Source: Vicugna vicugna (lineage: Eukaryota). Taken from it: 64,000 bases of DNA. The notes under the pieces were generated by a model. It was not told the origin of the DNA, did no database searches, and was given only the letters and a program-made list of their open reading frames with translations. The stretch lies in the NCBI GenBank assembly GCA_013265495.1, contig MU058054.1, positions 806,001 through 870,000 on the forward strand, given 5' to 3'. Position numbers and translations under genes: made by a program. Of this stretch, positions 28,175 through 41,582 are shown in pieces (position 1 is the stretch's first letter; every line of letters starts with the position of its first letter).

Positions 28175-28817
28175 TCAAATCCAAACAGACTTACCATATG
28201 ATCCGGCAATCCCACTCCTGGGCATAAATCTAGAGAAAACTCTAATTCAAAAAGATACATGCACCCCAATGTTCACAACAGCACCTTTTACAATAGTCAA
28301 GACATGGAAGCAACTTAAATGTCCATCGATAGATGACTGGATAAAGAAGATGTGGTATCTACCTACAATGGAATATTACTCGGCCATAAAAAAGGAATAA
28401 AATCATGCCGTTTGCAGCAACATGGAAGGACCCAGAGATTATCATACTAAGTAAAATCAGACAGAGAAAGACAACTATCATATGATATTGCTTATATGTG
28501 GAATCTAAAAAAAAATGACACAAATGAACTGATTTACAAAACAGAAAGAGACCCACAGACATAGAAAACAAACTTATGGTTACCAAAGGGGGGAGTGGGA
28601 GAAGGGATAAATCAAGAGCTTGGCATTAGTAGATATGAACAACCATATACAGAATAAACAACAGGGTCCTACTGTACAGCACAGGGAACTATATTCAGTA
28701 CCTTGTAATAACCTATAATGAAAAAGAATATATATATATATGTATAACTGAGTCACTATGCTGTACACCGCAAAGTAACACAACATGGCAAATCAACAAT
28801 ACTTCAATAATAAAAAG
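28175..28817 (+). mobile_element. 5'-truncated, relatively young LINE-1 3' end (ORF2 C-terminus plus 3' UTR)
   Basis: Translates LPYDPAIPLLGI...KDTCTPMFT...KTWKQLKCPSIDDWIKKMWY...MEYYSAIKK (L1 ORF2p C-terminus). Artiodactyl-type 3' UTR (gtcctactgtacagcacagggaactatattcagtaccttgtaataacc) and A-rich tail. Confidence 0.95.
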
Positions 28818-29212
28818 GAAAGACTTTGAACCCAGACCAGTGCTGAGAAATGGAGGATGAGAGGGTGGGGTAAACACTGCTACACCAAGCTGCATCCCTA
28901 CCAGGGAAACTGACCTCTTATCCATCATCAAACAGCTACCAAATCCCAGGTACCATGCTGGTACTTGAGCTAAAGAAATGAACAAAAAGTAAGTTTGTAA
29001 GCACTCAATTTCAGCTGAAACCTACTGTACTTAAAACACACACACACAAAACTAAACTTTCTAGCTTCTTTCAGAGGCAAGCTTTCTTTTTCGACTTGCT
29101 CACCAAGTAGTAATAGTTTCAGTGGTGCCACCTGGCTTTTGAGTGACAGTGTCTGTGCTGAGATCGCCCACTCTGCGTCCCCTTAAGACACAAGTATCAG
29201 AATGTGCCTTTA

Positions 29213-29361
29213 GCGGGGAGGGTACAGCTCAGTGGTGGGGCGCAGGCTTAGCATGCAGGAGGTCCTGGGTTCAATCCCCAGTTCCTCCATTAAAAGCTAA
29301 ATAAATTTTAAGAAAACCTAATTATCTTCACCCTTAAAAAAAAAAAAAGAGAGAGAGAGTC
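29213..29361 (+). mobile_element. Vic-1-like SINE with perfect 17-bp target-site duplication
   Basis: tRNA-like head from 29215 and poly(A)/(GA) tail. TSD ATCAGAATGTGCCTTTA at 29196-29212 and 29362-29378. Confidence 0.9.
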
Positions 29362-30959
29362 ATCAGAATGTGCCTTTATCTCTTCTATGCCCAGGACAAC
29401 TGTTTGATAGACAAGCAAATATGAAAGCCCAGAAAACACTCCTGCCAAGGGGGCCCCTGGATTTGGTGGGGTTCAACCAGGATCCCCTCCCTTCAGTAAA
29501 ACACAGCCAGAACCAAAGCATCCTTTGCTCTGAGCAGAAGTACCGCCCACGGGGGGTCACGTGCTGAGTCTCAGGGCTGCAGGTGACAAACCACAAAGGC
29601 CTAACATTCACGGAACAAAGTGTCCTGGCCAGCTAAGCTCTGGCTAAGTGTCCGCCTGAAACCCCCTCTGGAGGACTACAGACAGCTGGGACCTGAGGAC
29701 CATGAGAGCATCTTGTCCAATCTCTTCCTCCTGTGGTTGGGAAAACAGACTGACAGCACTTCAAGGTCACTCGGCAAACGATCGCAGAGCAAGAAGGTGG
29801 CCTTCCCAGCTGCTGTTCCACTGGAGCCAGGCCTCAGCGCCGGTGAAGTCTGGAGCACACATGTGAGCCCACACTCCCCCCTCGCTAAGCTGAGTACAGT
29901 ACAACAGTTTTGTCCTTATGGGACTGAATCTTAAGTTGCCCAAAGATCTCACTCCTCAGGGTGGGTGTTTTTTTAAAAATGGGACTGAGCAATGGGTGAC
30001 GCTGGGTGAAGGATGTCTATATTAAATCCTGTCCCATCACTGCAACTTTCTGAGGTTTGAGTTATATTAAAATAGACAGTACCAAACAAAAAGAAATTGA
30101 GCTGTACGTGAAATACACTATTGCCCCGACCCTTTCAAAGTTTTCTTTGTTTGCTGGAGTTTAAACAGACAGTGACATTTCCAACATCAGCCTGTTCTTG
30201 TCATTTGGTGCCACAAAGCAGGAGTCTGGGGTTGGGGTGGGGGGTTCCGGATAACTGGGGTTTCATTGTAAGCTCCGCCCACAGTGACCTCATGCTCTTG
30301 TCCAGTTTCTTAAGTGTCCTCAGCAAGTTCTGTAAGTCTGCTAAGCATGTTTTTTAATGTTCCAGTTTAGACTGGCCTGTGAGGAGCTGAAAACAGGATT
30401 TCACAACCCTTGATACCAGTCACTGAACCACTGAACCAAGAACAGCTCAATTCCCATCTGAACTTGCAAACGGATTACGTCCGGGCACGTCCGGCTGCCA
30501 ACCCAGGGGAACACGGATGAAGTGCCACGTGAAGCCCCCGGTGCTGTGCTCCGGAGCAGTAGCTGGCCCGCACTCCCCGCCACTGCAGAAGGTCTCCCCT
30601 TCCCCTGAGCTTTCCAGAGCAGTCGGCTCAGGTCCATGACAAGTGCTCCAAGCAGATGGGGCCCGAGTGTGAGCCCCAGAGGTCACCGGCGCTGCCTGGG
30701 CAGACCCCCAAAAGAAGAAGCCAAAGATCACCCCACCCTGCCCTCCAAAGGGAGCTGGGTCCCCCGGGAAACATGGCTTCTGGACCCCGGGGCTCCCCAC
30801 CTCCCAAGGGGCCAGGGATGTGCACAGAGCGTGTACCTTCTAGAAAAGAAGGGGGCTGATCTGGAGGAAGTTCAGCTTAATATAATCATCTGTAAATCAC
30901 ATGTACACCAAGAATCTTTCAACATCGAGCTATGAGTAAGGGGAGCCCCCTCCCCGCCC

Positions 30960-31170
30960 CATTTCTCACCCTCAGCTTCCCTGACACCTGGGGACAGATA
31001 ATCCTGCTTTGGGGTGGGGGGAGGGAGGAGGTGCTGTCTGTGCATCGCAGGGTGTTCAGCAGCATCCCTGGTCTGAATCCGCTGGATGCCAGTAACACCC
31101 CCACGCCCAGCTGCGACAGCCAAAGCTGTCTCCAGATGCTGCCCAAGGTCCTCTAGGACGCAAAGTCACT
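30960..31170 (+). mobile_element. MER20-like hAT MITE
   Basis: cagataatcctgctttgggg...tgttcagcagcatccctggtc...gatgccagtaacac...tgtctccagatgctgcc, similar to the 8.5 kb copy. Confidence 0.75.
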
Positions 31171-32639
31171 GCCCTAGGCCCCCTGGGAACCTGTGGGCTA
31201 AGGAAATGCTTGGGGCATGGGAACAGTCAGGCAAACGGGAGCCACCGACACCCCGGCGCAGGCGTTCACCCAGCACTTCTCACTCATCTCGCTGGATGCA
31301 GGGATACCGTGCGGCGGGTATCCTCGCCTTCAGTTTTGAGGTGAAAGGCTCACGTGATGTTGAGCGACTTGCCCAAAGTTGCCCAGAACAAGTCGGAAGC
31401 GGCACCCTGCCCTGAACCTGGGTGCTGCACCCCTAGCCCGGCTCCGGTGGCTGCAAAGCGCGGTGGGCACTCTGTCAGCACCAGAGCTTCTCCCTGGGCT
31501 CCGGGGTCCTGGTACCCTCCCTCCCCACCCCCACCCATGCAAAGAAGGCAGTTACATCTTGAGGAGGAAGAGGGCGACAAGGAAGAGGAACAGGAGGAAA
31601 GGGAATGATCCTTCTGAAATCTTTCTGCTTCACAGCTTTGGTTTTCGGAAACTTGTTCTTTCTCCAAGCACCAACTTGACGAGGATTGCTTTTTCTCGAG
31701 TGTCAGCAGGACCACAGAGGTTTCCCATCAAAAACGGAAGATGCTACAGAGGTCTGGGTTGGTCTCTGGTTACGGGGACAAGGGGGAAGAGCAGTTGCCA
31801 GGCTTCACAGAACTTTCTGGATGGCCATATCGCTCCACCAGTGAACGGCAGAATGGCATTAAGCCTGCGGATCATGTATTTATTTTTAAAGAGATCACTC
31901 ACAAAACATTCAGGATACACACAGCCCTTGTGAATGTTCTGATGGGCTTAAGGCAAAAAGCACGCTTCAGCTCAGCATTTTTCTTTTTCTTTTTTTTTTT
32001 TTTTACAACCCCCACCCCTAAAAGCTCACCTCATAAAATATAGGAGGCTTTGAAATGGAGCCATGAATCCAGGTGTGTTTAGGTACCTCTGCTCATTCTG
32101 CGGGGGGGGGGGATCCTGGCCCCCTACGGCCCGCTCTGCAGCAGGGCTGTTCACAGGGCCAACACTTAGAGGCTCTCTGTCTCCCAACTACTTCAGGGAA
32201 ACGGATTAATTTGTGTATTTTCAGTTTGGGGGAAAAGGAAACAAAATGTCAGGCTGAAGCCCAGAGGACAGAAGCCTGCAGGAAGGAAGGATTCCTTCTC
32301 GGACAACCTGACACTCCACAAGCAGTGAGGGAAAGATATCCACTAGCTGCAAACGTCTAACTTGGGAGGAGGGAAAAGTTAAAAGAGAAAAGAAGGGCTT
32401 TAGGAGACTCTTAGATAATTATCTCGGCTTTAGACTCCTTTTTTTTTTTCCTGCCGAAGAGAAAACTGGGGCTTGAAATACAGCTCTCAGCCTTCCACTA
32501 ATAAACGCTTTCAGACTGAGAAATGTCTTTGATCTCCTAAAAAATAAAAAGGCAGGGCTCTGAAAAGTCACCTCCCCTGACAACTGCTATTTCTTGTCTT
32601 ATCTGCCAGTGAACTTCAATATTAGCTCACTTCACTAAA

Positions 32640-33130
32640 CAAACAATTCTGATTACAGGACTCTTAGTCATTCTGTTTTTCACTTTCCTTCACACAGCAG
32701 AAACCATTAAGGTCTGAGTTATCCTCTCCGGGGCTGTCTTTTCCCAGACCCAGTTCCCAGCCTCCCCCCTCCTGCCCCATCAGGTTTGCGTGAATTGAGC
32801 CCCGTGAATCAGTGAATCACTTCCTGTGGGCAGACTGCACATTTGGGGGTGGGATTTTTCTGTCTTCTTTTTTGGGGGAGAAGCTTCTCATAGACCTTTG
32901 GGGTTCGACTAGTGGAACCAGGCGATGACGATGACAATGACAGGATGCCCTTTTGTCAAAACAAATCAAAGTTTCTGAAACACTTCGAGAACATGTCAGA
33001 TGGGCATTCGTGACTAGCGGAGCTGGGGGGGTGGGGGGTGAAGAGGGCAAATCAGGAGGTTTGGTGTTAACTGCTCGGTTTTGACTTCCTTAATTATGAG
33101 TCACCGGCCAGAGAGATAAAACCATGTCAC
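32640..33130. promoter_or_regulatory. Intron 1 enhancer candidate (AP-1/ETS/IRF/GATA)
   Basis: Repeat-free block with TTTCACTTTCC (32678-32688), TGAATCA x2 (32805, 32813), ACTTCCTGTGG (32819-32829), ACTTCCT (33084), TGAGTCA (33097-33103) and AGATAA (33114). Confidence 0.55.
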
Positions 33131-36100
33131 AAGCTACAGAGCATGTAAAGGATAAACTGGGCCACTTCTGTGACATTCAAACTGAGAGGCAGAGCTTCTG
33201 GGAGCGCTCACTCAAGCTCCAAGTTTACAACCGGCCCTACTGAAATGAAATACCATACAACACGAGATGGGGAAGGACCATTCCCGCATTTCAGTCTTAC
33301 CCACATGTACCACTCTCCTCCTGTTTTTAAAGACCCTCTCCCCACCCCCAAAGCCTTTAGCATCCTCAAACCTTTCAGGGCAGCCACTGGGGGCGGGAGA
33401 AGGGGTAGGGGGAGCTGGAAGCAAGGGAGGGGTGGAAAATGACACATTTCTAGAAAAAGTTAGTTTAAAGACCATGAAGTTCAATCGCTACCTTTGCAAG
33501 CAGAAAACACAGCACTTGCTTGACACCGATCTCTAACATCCCACAAACACTCTGCTTCTTTCTGGACCAACGCTTTACAAGCTTACATAAGCCGTTTCCA
33601 CCTAACAGGGAACAAAGACTGGGTGTCCTGTATATTCTGGGCATCGCGATCCTGGGGACAGTCAAGCAGACAATTAGCATTCCTTTCGGTCTAAGAGGAC
33701 AGACTTCTTATTGTATCTAAACAAAAGGTTCTGGTTCATTGGGGGCAATTTCCCCTAAGACAGCAAAGAACGCCTATGGGCAGGAAGACAGGGATTCCAA
33801 ATAAGCAAGGAGGGAGGACCTCAGGCGGTACGACGCCAGGGTGCCGAGAGCCTGCTGCTTAAGCTGGCCGCATCCACTAAATGGCTCTGGGCGCAAAGCT
33901 GCATCCCAGAGCAGCTCCGCTCAGGAGCAGGGGAAGGCTTCCCGGTGAAGCCCCCTCTCCTGGGCTCCAGACACTTGCAACTCTTTCCCACCCCCCGGGC
34001 ACCCAGTCTCAGCCACGTACCCACAGAAGAGCCGCCCACCCGCCGCCTCATCAGACCCCCACTTCCCAAATAGCACACAGGCCTGTTTGACAGGTATGGG
34101 AATTCAAGACGCTTAACTGGCTCAAGCAGCAGAGGTAACATGCTGCAGCCACAGCACTGGAGCATGGGGCTTCTGCATCTCCAAGCCAGAGACCTCTGGC
34201 CAGCGGCGGCATGCTGAGATGCTATGGGGGTCCCGAGGCTCTCTTGAGACCTATGACATGCCCAATGATGCCTGTAGCACCAAAATCATCCCGTTATATG
34301 GCTCCTTGTGCAGAAAGACCTCTCTCCATCCTCCCCTCCTCAAAGTCTTCAAGTCCCTCCTGTCCAACAGTCGCCAAACTCATCACCACTCAGCACCGAA
34401 GGCCGGGTGTGATCAAGTAGCTTCCAGGTGTTTCTGGCTTCTCTTTCCAACTAAGACAGGTGCTCCTTGAGGGCAAGAAGACCCAGCTTAACTTCCTCTG
34501 TACCCTGGAGGGAGCATGAGGTATACTGCAACATGCCATTTGTTCACAAGCAGGTCATGATAATGCAATTATTCCTCTGTGCATCAACAGTCAGAAGATG
34601 CGGGCAACAAATAAAAAACCTCAGGCTGCACCCCAGCCTTCCGAACCCAATCAAGACACGAAGCCTTGTAGTAAAGGGACCCACAGATGCACATTACTGC
34701 CAGAAACCCAATACCAGAAATGTTCTCGAAGCAATCAGCTGGAATTGAGGTGCAATTAAAAACAGCAGGAGAATGACAACCACAGGTGCCAGTTAGTTAT
34801 GCTAAAGCAGCCGGTGGGGACATGCAGGGAGCAAAAAGGCTTCTGAATGAGGAAGTTCTCCCACTTCACTTGTCACGCCAGAGACAAAGTCATCTGTGGC
34901 TAAGGTTGTAGGCAGACGGTGGATGGAAGGCTTTCCGATAAATCTGCTCAGCAAACATTTGTTGAATGGAGATTTTTATCAGCGTTGGATTTACCAGAAG
35001 AGAAAGCACGCAGACATCTGGGGCCATGCTGGGGAGTGGATGGGAGTGTTTGTGGTCCTCATGCTGGCTGTGCTGCCGAAAGGTGAGGGGTCTGCCGGTA
35101 CGGGTCATCCCCTCTGTGAAAGGATGGGCTCAACCGATCTCGCCTTCTAGAGCTGACATTCCACATGCCTGAGAAATACACTAACTTGCCGTGAGAAGGA
35201 GCTTAAAAGTGGCTGAGTTTACACCTTCCGGTTCCTTTACTGCCTTGAGGCACGGAGGGCCTTGGAGGAAATAAACCAGAATCATCAATAGCACGAGAGC
35301 AAATACCTGATCAGGAAGGGGGATGAGCAACTTGTAAATGAAACAACACACAGAAAGGGTAAGAGAGAAAACTTCAAGACTTTCACTCTTTCTGCAGGTT
35401 AGACGCAGACAAAGCCCCAGAAGCCTAAACCTAATAGTGGTCTCAGCAGAAGAGAGGCAGTCACAGCCGTGATGTGATAGGACAGAATTCAGCTGGCATC
35501 AAACAACTTCCTGAGAGAGAAGGTGGCTTCGTATCAGCAAGGTGAGGGAGGCTGCAGAATTTCTGCCCTCAAAGGTCAGAGGTCAGGAAGCAGGTGTGAT
35601 GGCTCACAGAGATCCTCCCCTCCACGGCTAGCTTCAGCAGGATTGGCCCAGGGAACTCAGAAGACCTCGTGTGGTTTGTTTCAGGCCAGAGGACTTCGGA
35701 GCTGGGGGTTGGGGTGAGGCTCCAAAGATCAGTCATCTCACCATCACCCCCTTGTTCTCCCCAGACAGGAGGAAACCGAGGCCAAGCAGAGACAGCATCT
35801 CCCCAAGCATCCCTGTGCTTCTTTTTGTTACTCCAGGAATCCACGATCCCCAAACTACCTGTGGCCCAAAGTGGAAAGCTTGTCGGTAACGAGATGCTAA
35901 CCCCAAAACAGAGGGCAGGGCTCCCCTCCGGAGCAGGAAGACCAGAGAGTCTCTGTGAAGGTGGACTGTCTTCTGGCGCTTTCCACCCTCCGCACAGGCA
36001 GCAGTCAGGCCCCAGCACCGTTCCTGTCTTTCAAGGAGGCCAGGCCCACCTCCCGGGCTCTGTAAACAGCTCTGCTCTCTCCTTCCTCCTCGGCCAGAGC

Positions 36101-38424
36101 GCACAACACCCCCTGCCACTGGGGCCTGGACTGTTTGGTAACAATGGAGGGAACATTAAACAAGGGCTGAAGACGGGAAGTGAATCACTGGATTCTCAAA
36201 CAGGCTCCTTGGAAGGAGCAGGGCGGCGGGAGGGGCCGCAGGAGGCCGGGGCCACTTGGGGGGCCTGGCGGGGGTGGGGGGAGGCTTCCCGGATGTTCTC
36301 GGTCTTGCCCCACAATAGTTGCCCTGCAGTTCTGTCTGGCTTCCTGCGCCCGGGGCCAGATCAACTTTCCTGAGTCACCCCGGCCACTTGCTTCTCCAGG
36401 TATCTGGGTTGCTCTCTGCTCCCTGCATCAGATGGAAGGAAAGATGCAGAAGGGGCACCATTTCTCCACAAACTGACCCCATTTCATCTCCACGCCCCCT
36501 TAAAAAGCCTGAACCTGACACCAGGAGGCCCCTGGTCTTCTCTCCCTCTCCAGCCCCCAAGCCACTCACCAGCTCAGGGCATCAGTTGCTTACACAGGTG
36601 TTCATAAACACACACACAACACAGGGGACAGTGGCGGGGCATGACCTGAGACTGCATCTAAGTGTCTGAGGGAAACGCCCACCCCTGCCCCCCACCCCCG
36701 TCTGTACTGACTCCCACTCAGCCCTGGTGCCACAGCACGGCCACCTCCAGGGATCAGTTGCTTCCTATAAGCAAGTTCTTCGCTAAGCACTTTCTGTTTA
36801 TATACTTTAATCCTACTGGACAGAGCCCCATCAAAAGAAAACAGCAAAAGTTCAGAGAGGTTAAGATTCTTCCACAAGGTCACACAGCGAGCAGGAGAGC
36901 AGGGTTAATCTCTGAACTCCAAACACAAAAGTCCAGGGTTTTCTGAGCCGGTCAGGCTGGTGCCCTGCACACCCACTTGCCTTGAAGGAGACCTGGTGGG
37001 AACAAGATGACACTGGGAACTGGGACCTAGCTTCCTCTGGCTCCTCTCTTTGCCACCCAGGTGACCTTAGGCAAGGTGTCCCACCTCCCAGGGCTGGTTT
37101 TCTCACCAGGAAAAAGGGGGCTGTCCAGGAAGACTGTCAAGGGGTCCTCGTGAGAGACTGCAGGTGAAGGTCCTCCACACCCTGAAAAGCGCTACATAAA
37201 CATGAGGTGTCACCAATCACCTTTCATTCTTGTGCCAGAAGATACCGCCCAACAAGGCTGCTGATCATCCACCCCTGAAAATTAAGTTATTCCTGGAACA
37301 AGCTGGTGACAAGGTCGGGAGACTATGGGATGTGAGAACATTACAGAAATTTCATCTGAGGATAATTTATGGTATTTTTTCTTTTTAATGGTACAAGCAG
37401 CTTTGAGCATAGGGTTAGAGATTAACAATTTCCTTCCTAAACCTACAAAGGTTTGCCAAGTTTTCTTGGAAAGCCCCTCCTCACAGATCATGAAAGTGAA
37501 GGTCTAAAGCAGTTGCCTGGGTTTCCCAAGCCCTGGTTCTGCTATGAGTGACTATGTGAGTTACTCCCACTGCCGGAGGCTCAGTCCTCATCTGTAAAAT
37601 GGGCAGGTGGGACCAGGTATGCTTGAGACCCCTTCTCTGACGATCTGTGACAAACTGTCAATCAGAGGCTAACTGGTTTTTCAGGAGAATGTATCTGAAC
37701 AATGAAAAAAAAGGAGCACGTTTCCCACTCCTCGGTAGTACAGTTCCTTTCCGGCTGCGGCTGGGGACTAAACTCCCAAGGTCAACCCCTGCCCCGCCCC
37801 CGGGGGGCGTGGCTTTGTAAGGATGAGGGAATCCACAAGGTTAATTTCCTGCCGCACGCACGCCACCTCCTACCACGCAAAGCGCTGAGCAGGAACCGCG
37901 CAACCGCAGAACCTGCGGCTCGGAGACTGTATCCCGGTGCTCGGCCACAGAGGAGCCGAGGGCAGGGAAGGCACGCCTGCTGCAACGTTCCACAGAGTTT
38001 CGAAAACTAGCACATCAGGCCCCGCAAAGACTGTGGGAGGCAAGACCGCACCGTTCTGCCTCTTAAATCACCCCAGTTCCACCCCATGGAGGATGTGGTG
38101 CCAGTAACTGCTGTTAAACCCTCACAAACAAATCAACCACTGGCTGCGACCTGAAGTCCTTCTGAGTTTGCAAGTAAAGGCTAAAAATCTAACTGATTTA
38201 ATTAAGTGAAAATTCAGGGCCAAATGTGTTCTAAACAAATACTTGCTCTTTCAAAGCATGTTTTCAAAAAAAAAAAATACTCCTCCATAAGAAGTTTATA
38301 AAACAAAAGGAAAACACAAGTGTATAAACTCCCCATGGACATAATATTTCACATGGATTGCTTACTTCTGACATTCTTAGCTAAAATTCTTTGCTTATTG
38401 AAACATTAAGATCAAAACTCCTCT

Positions 38425-38827
38425 GTTTATAGCCATACAATGAAATATTACCCAGCCATAAAAAGGAACTCACGATTGCAACATGCAAAAACAGAGGAGA
38501 ATCTGAAAATAATTATGCAATGTGAAAAACAGTACTCCCCAAAAAAGAGTATATCCTGTATAATTTTATCAGTATAAAATTTTAGGAAATTTAAACTAAC
38601 GTATAGTGACAGAAAGCAGATCAGGGGTTTCCTGGGGACTAAGGGGCAGCAGGCAAACAGGAGGGCGAAGGCATAAAGGGGCAGAAGGAAATTCTGATGG
38701 ACGTGTTCGTTATCTTGACTGTGGCAATAGTTTCATGGATGTGTACACACGTCAAACTCAAACTGTACACATTTAACACATGCCATTTATTATGTCAATT
38801 ATATCTCAATGCACATTAAAAAAAAAA
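38425..38827 (+). mobile_element. Ancient LINE-1 (L1MC-like) 3' end
   Basis: catacaatgaaatattacccagccataaaaagg...gacagaaagcagatcag...tatgtcaattatatctcaat followed by an A tail. Confidence 0.8.
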
Positions 38828-38873
38828 CCTTCCTAAACTCTCTGATGGGAAAGTGATCAAAAGTTTGATTTTA

Positions 38874-39021
38874 TTTATTTACTTTTAATTTTTGAGGGAG
38901 GGTAATTTGGTTTATTTATTTATTTTTTATTTTTAGAGGAGGTACTGGGGATTGAACCCAGGACCTCGTGCATGCTAAGGGTGTGCTCTACCACTTGAGC
39001 TATACCTCTCTCTCTCTCGAG
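38874..39021 (-). mobile_element. Vic-1-like SINE
   Basis: tRNA-like head (gagctatacc...gggattgaacccaggacctcgtgcatgctaag on plus) and (TTTA)n tail. Near-TSD aagtttgatttta / aagcttgatttta. Confidence 0.85.
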
Positions 39022-41419
39022 AAGCTTGATTTTAAAATACAGGAAAGCTGGCAAAGGGCCCAGGCATATACTGCTCCAACAGACTGTGTCAGAGATGTCT
39101 CCTCTGTTCACCGCATGACAAACTGAAAAGGGTCAATACTGAGCCATGAATGCATAGTGAATGCATTATGACGTTCTCCAAAGGTGTGACACACACACGA
39201 CAGAGTTTGTTGAAAAAACTAGTTATGGCCCATCTGCTACATTACTGCCTTAGCTATTTGGTATTCTCCAGAATGTGAGCAGATCCATGACTTGATCTGG
39301 TGAAAAGTACCACTTTGGGCTCACACTGCTGGTAACAACTCTCCATCAGTGAAAAGGCCAAAGCATCCCAGAGCAGGTCACCTAATTTTAAGTTGGCATT
39401 GAAGACGACACTGTACACAGAGACCCCACTCCTTTTGCAGCGGTGACTGGGATGTAGACACCAGGCTGCTCTGCTCAGAGGTCTAATCTGGCCAAGAATG
39501 GTCCACTGAGCAAAGGGGAAGTGACATGCCAGGGGAAATGACAGGGTACCCAAACCCAGGAGCACACTGCTCGGTGTCTCTCCAGCACATGGTCAGGTCC
39601 CTGAGCTCCAGATCAACGTGGTGGGCCAACCTGATGGATCGCCAGGGCCCTTTCACCAGCATCACAGACTATTTTGTAAACTCCTTCCCCTTTCTTTTTA
39701 AATCTGCTTTAAGTGTTGAGGTCACTACAGTTCGCTGTAATTCAGCACACTGGTTTTCAAGTGTCTTAAGCTGCCAGCAGCCTCCACAGTCACTCAGGCC
39801 TCCAGACTCCTCTATTCCAGCCTCCTATTCCAAAACAAACCAGATGTGAACTCTATCAGTCAGTAAGCCTGAGATTTGGGGTTAGAAGGGTTGCATATCA
39901 GGGCACATCATTTGGAAACCTCTTATCTAGGATACACTGAACAGAAAAAGCACTTAACACACTTAAGATTGACACGACGGGGAAGCAAAGGTGGGGGGCA
40001 GCATTAACAAGGTGAAAAATAGAATGTCGCCATTCCTGCAGGAAATTCTTTCCAACCTGTTGGTGATCTGTCCTCAAAAGTTCTGCAGAGAGACCTAGTT
40101 TACTGCCAACCCAGCCCCGGGGTCGAGTGTTTCTAGTATAATTCCACGCAAACCATGGAGGCTCAGTAAACGTTCACAGATGGTGATGAATTCCTACTCC
40201 TGGCCAAGTGCACAGGGGAAAAAACCTAGCTATTAAACGTTTGAATGCTGATAGTCCTGAAACAATAGGGGTAAAAAAAGATGCATGGAAGAATGAACAC
40301 ACACACACACAAAAAGGAAATTAAAGATTGAGCAGTGGAGCATAGCGGGTCAGAGAGCAGTGGAAGCCAACTACCTAGTCCAGGACCTGGTTCCTCCTTG
40401 CTCCGCTGTGTGGCCTGGAGCAAGTTACTTAAGCTCTCTGTGCCTTAGTTGCCTCAAACCATTCTGTGGGTAGGGCATTATCACCCCTAATTTAAAATTC
40501 ATGGTGCAGGAAACTGGAACACGAGAAGCCATCCCCCCGACCTCCAACCCCACCTCAGCCCCAGGTGAACTGTGTCTGTTTTCAGCAGAATTGTACTGGC
40601 TTTTCTCGGGCTCCTGACCCCAATTCCAGGATACAAAGAAGCCAGTACCTGCTTGAAGCCCATCAGAAATAAGAACCATGAACCAGAAAAGGAGTTTAAG
40701 GCCCTGGAGTCTAGTGGGTGTACAGGAGGCAGCCTCAAGGTACCAGATTTTCTGGATAACGGAAGACCAGCTTAGAGGTCATGTCACCCAACAACCTCAG
40801 AACACAGAGCTCTGTTAGAGAGTTCTGCCAAATCCAGGGCCGAATGCAGTCTGGTCCTCAGTGGCGTCTGCCTCCCGGTCCTAGTATGCCCTTCAGGAAC
40901 CCTGCAGAACGAGTGTCCCTGGCTGGGCTCCCTCTGCTCCACGTCCTCACTCCCACATCTTTCCTCAGATGCGGCTCATCTCCTGGGGACTTCTGTGTTA
41001 AGCTGACATCCAGTGAACTTTTCACGGCCTGAGAGCTAGACCCCAGGTTCTCCTTCCCCAAATCCCCTCTTGAGATTTCCCCCACCGCATCCATCTCAGT
41101 TACAATCCCACGGGAGAGGCACGGCCCCTTAACAGCCCAGGATATAAAGAATTTATCAGCATGAGTAAGACACGGCTGTCCCAAAATGTTAAACAGAGCG
41201 TAACATAAACACGGCATAACAGAGAAAGTGCTCTGAACATAACAGGTGCTCAATAAATCTTTATTTGCAAACAAATGCTCCATTGAAGTCAAAGCAAGCT
41301 CCTCTCTCCCCTTCCCCCCTTCAGTCGTGGTCAACGCGGGCAACTTCCATAAGAGATACTTCCCGTTGTCGGAATTTGGAGACACAGAAGACAGCCACCA
41401 GTTAACTGGTCTGGGCCGG

Positions 41420-41582
41420 AGGTCGAAAACAGGCAGCGGCCCACAGATGTTGTGTTTGGCCTACGCAGTGTTTTTTAAGTTTTGAAATTAGTTGCCAACT
41501 TTTAAAAGCTGGGAGATTTCATATGTAAACCTAGATTTTTGGCTTCTCTTGAAAAAAAAAATCAGAAGATCTGGCAACACTT
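41420..41582. mobile_element. hAT-Charlie relic (MER103-like)
   Basis: ttagttgccaacttttaaaa...gagatttcatatgtaaacctagatttttggcttctcttgaaaaa...agaagatctggcaacac. Confidence 0.6.

Noticed and set aside
28152..28400. ORF with clear protein homology (DPAIPLLGI...)
   Set aside because: C-terminal fragment of L1 ORF2p in a 5'-truncated copy, not a host gene.
29215..29290. tRNA-Ala(AGC)-like sequences here and at 17.2, 38.9 and 60.8 kb
   Set aside because: They carry SINE tails, mostly have target-site duplications, and show stem mismatches, so they are retroposon heads rather than tRNA genes.
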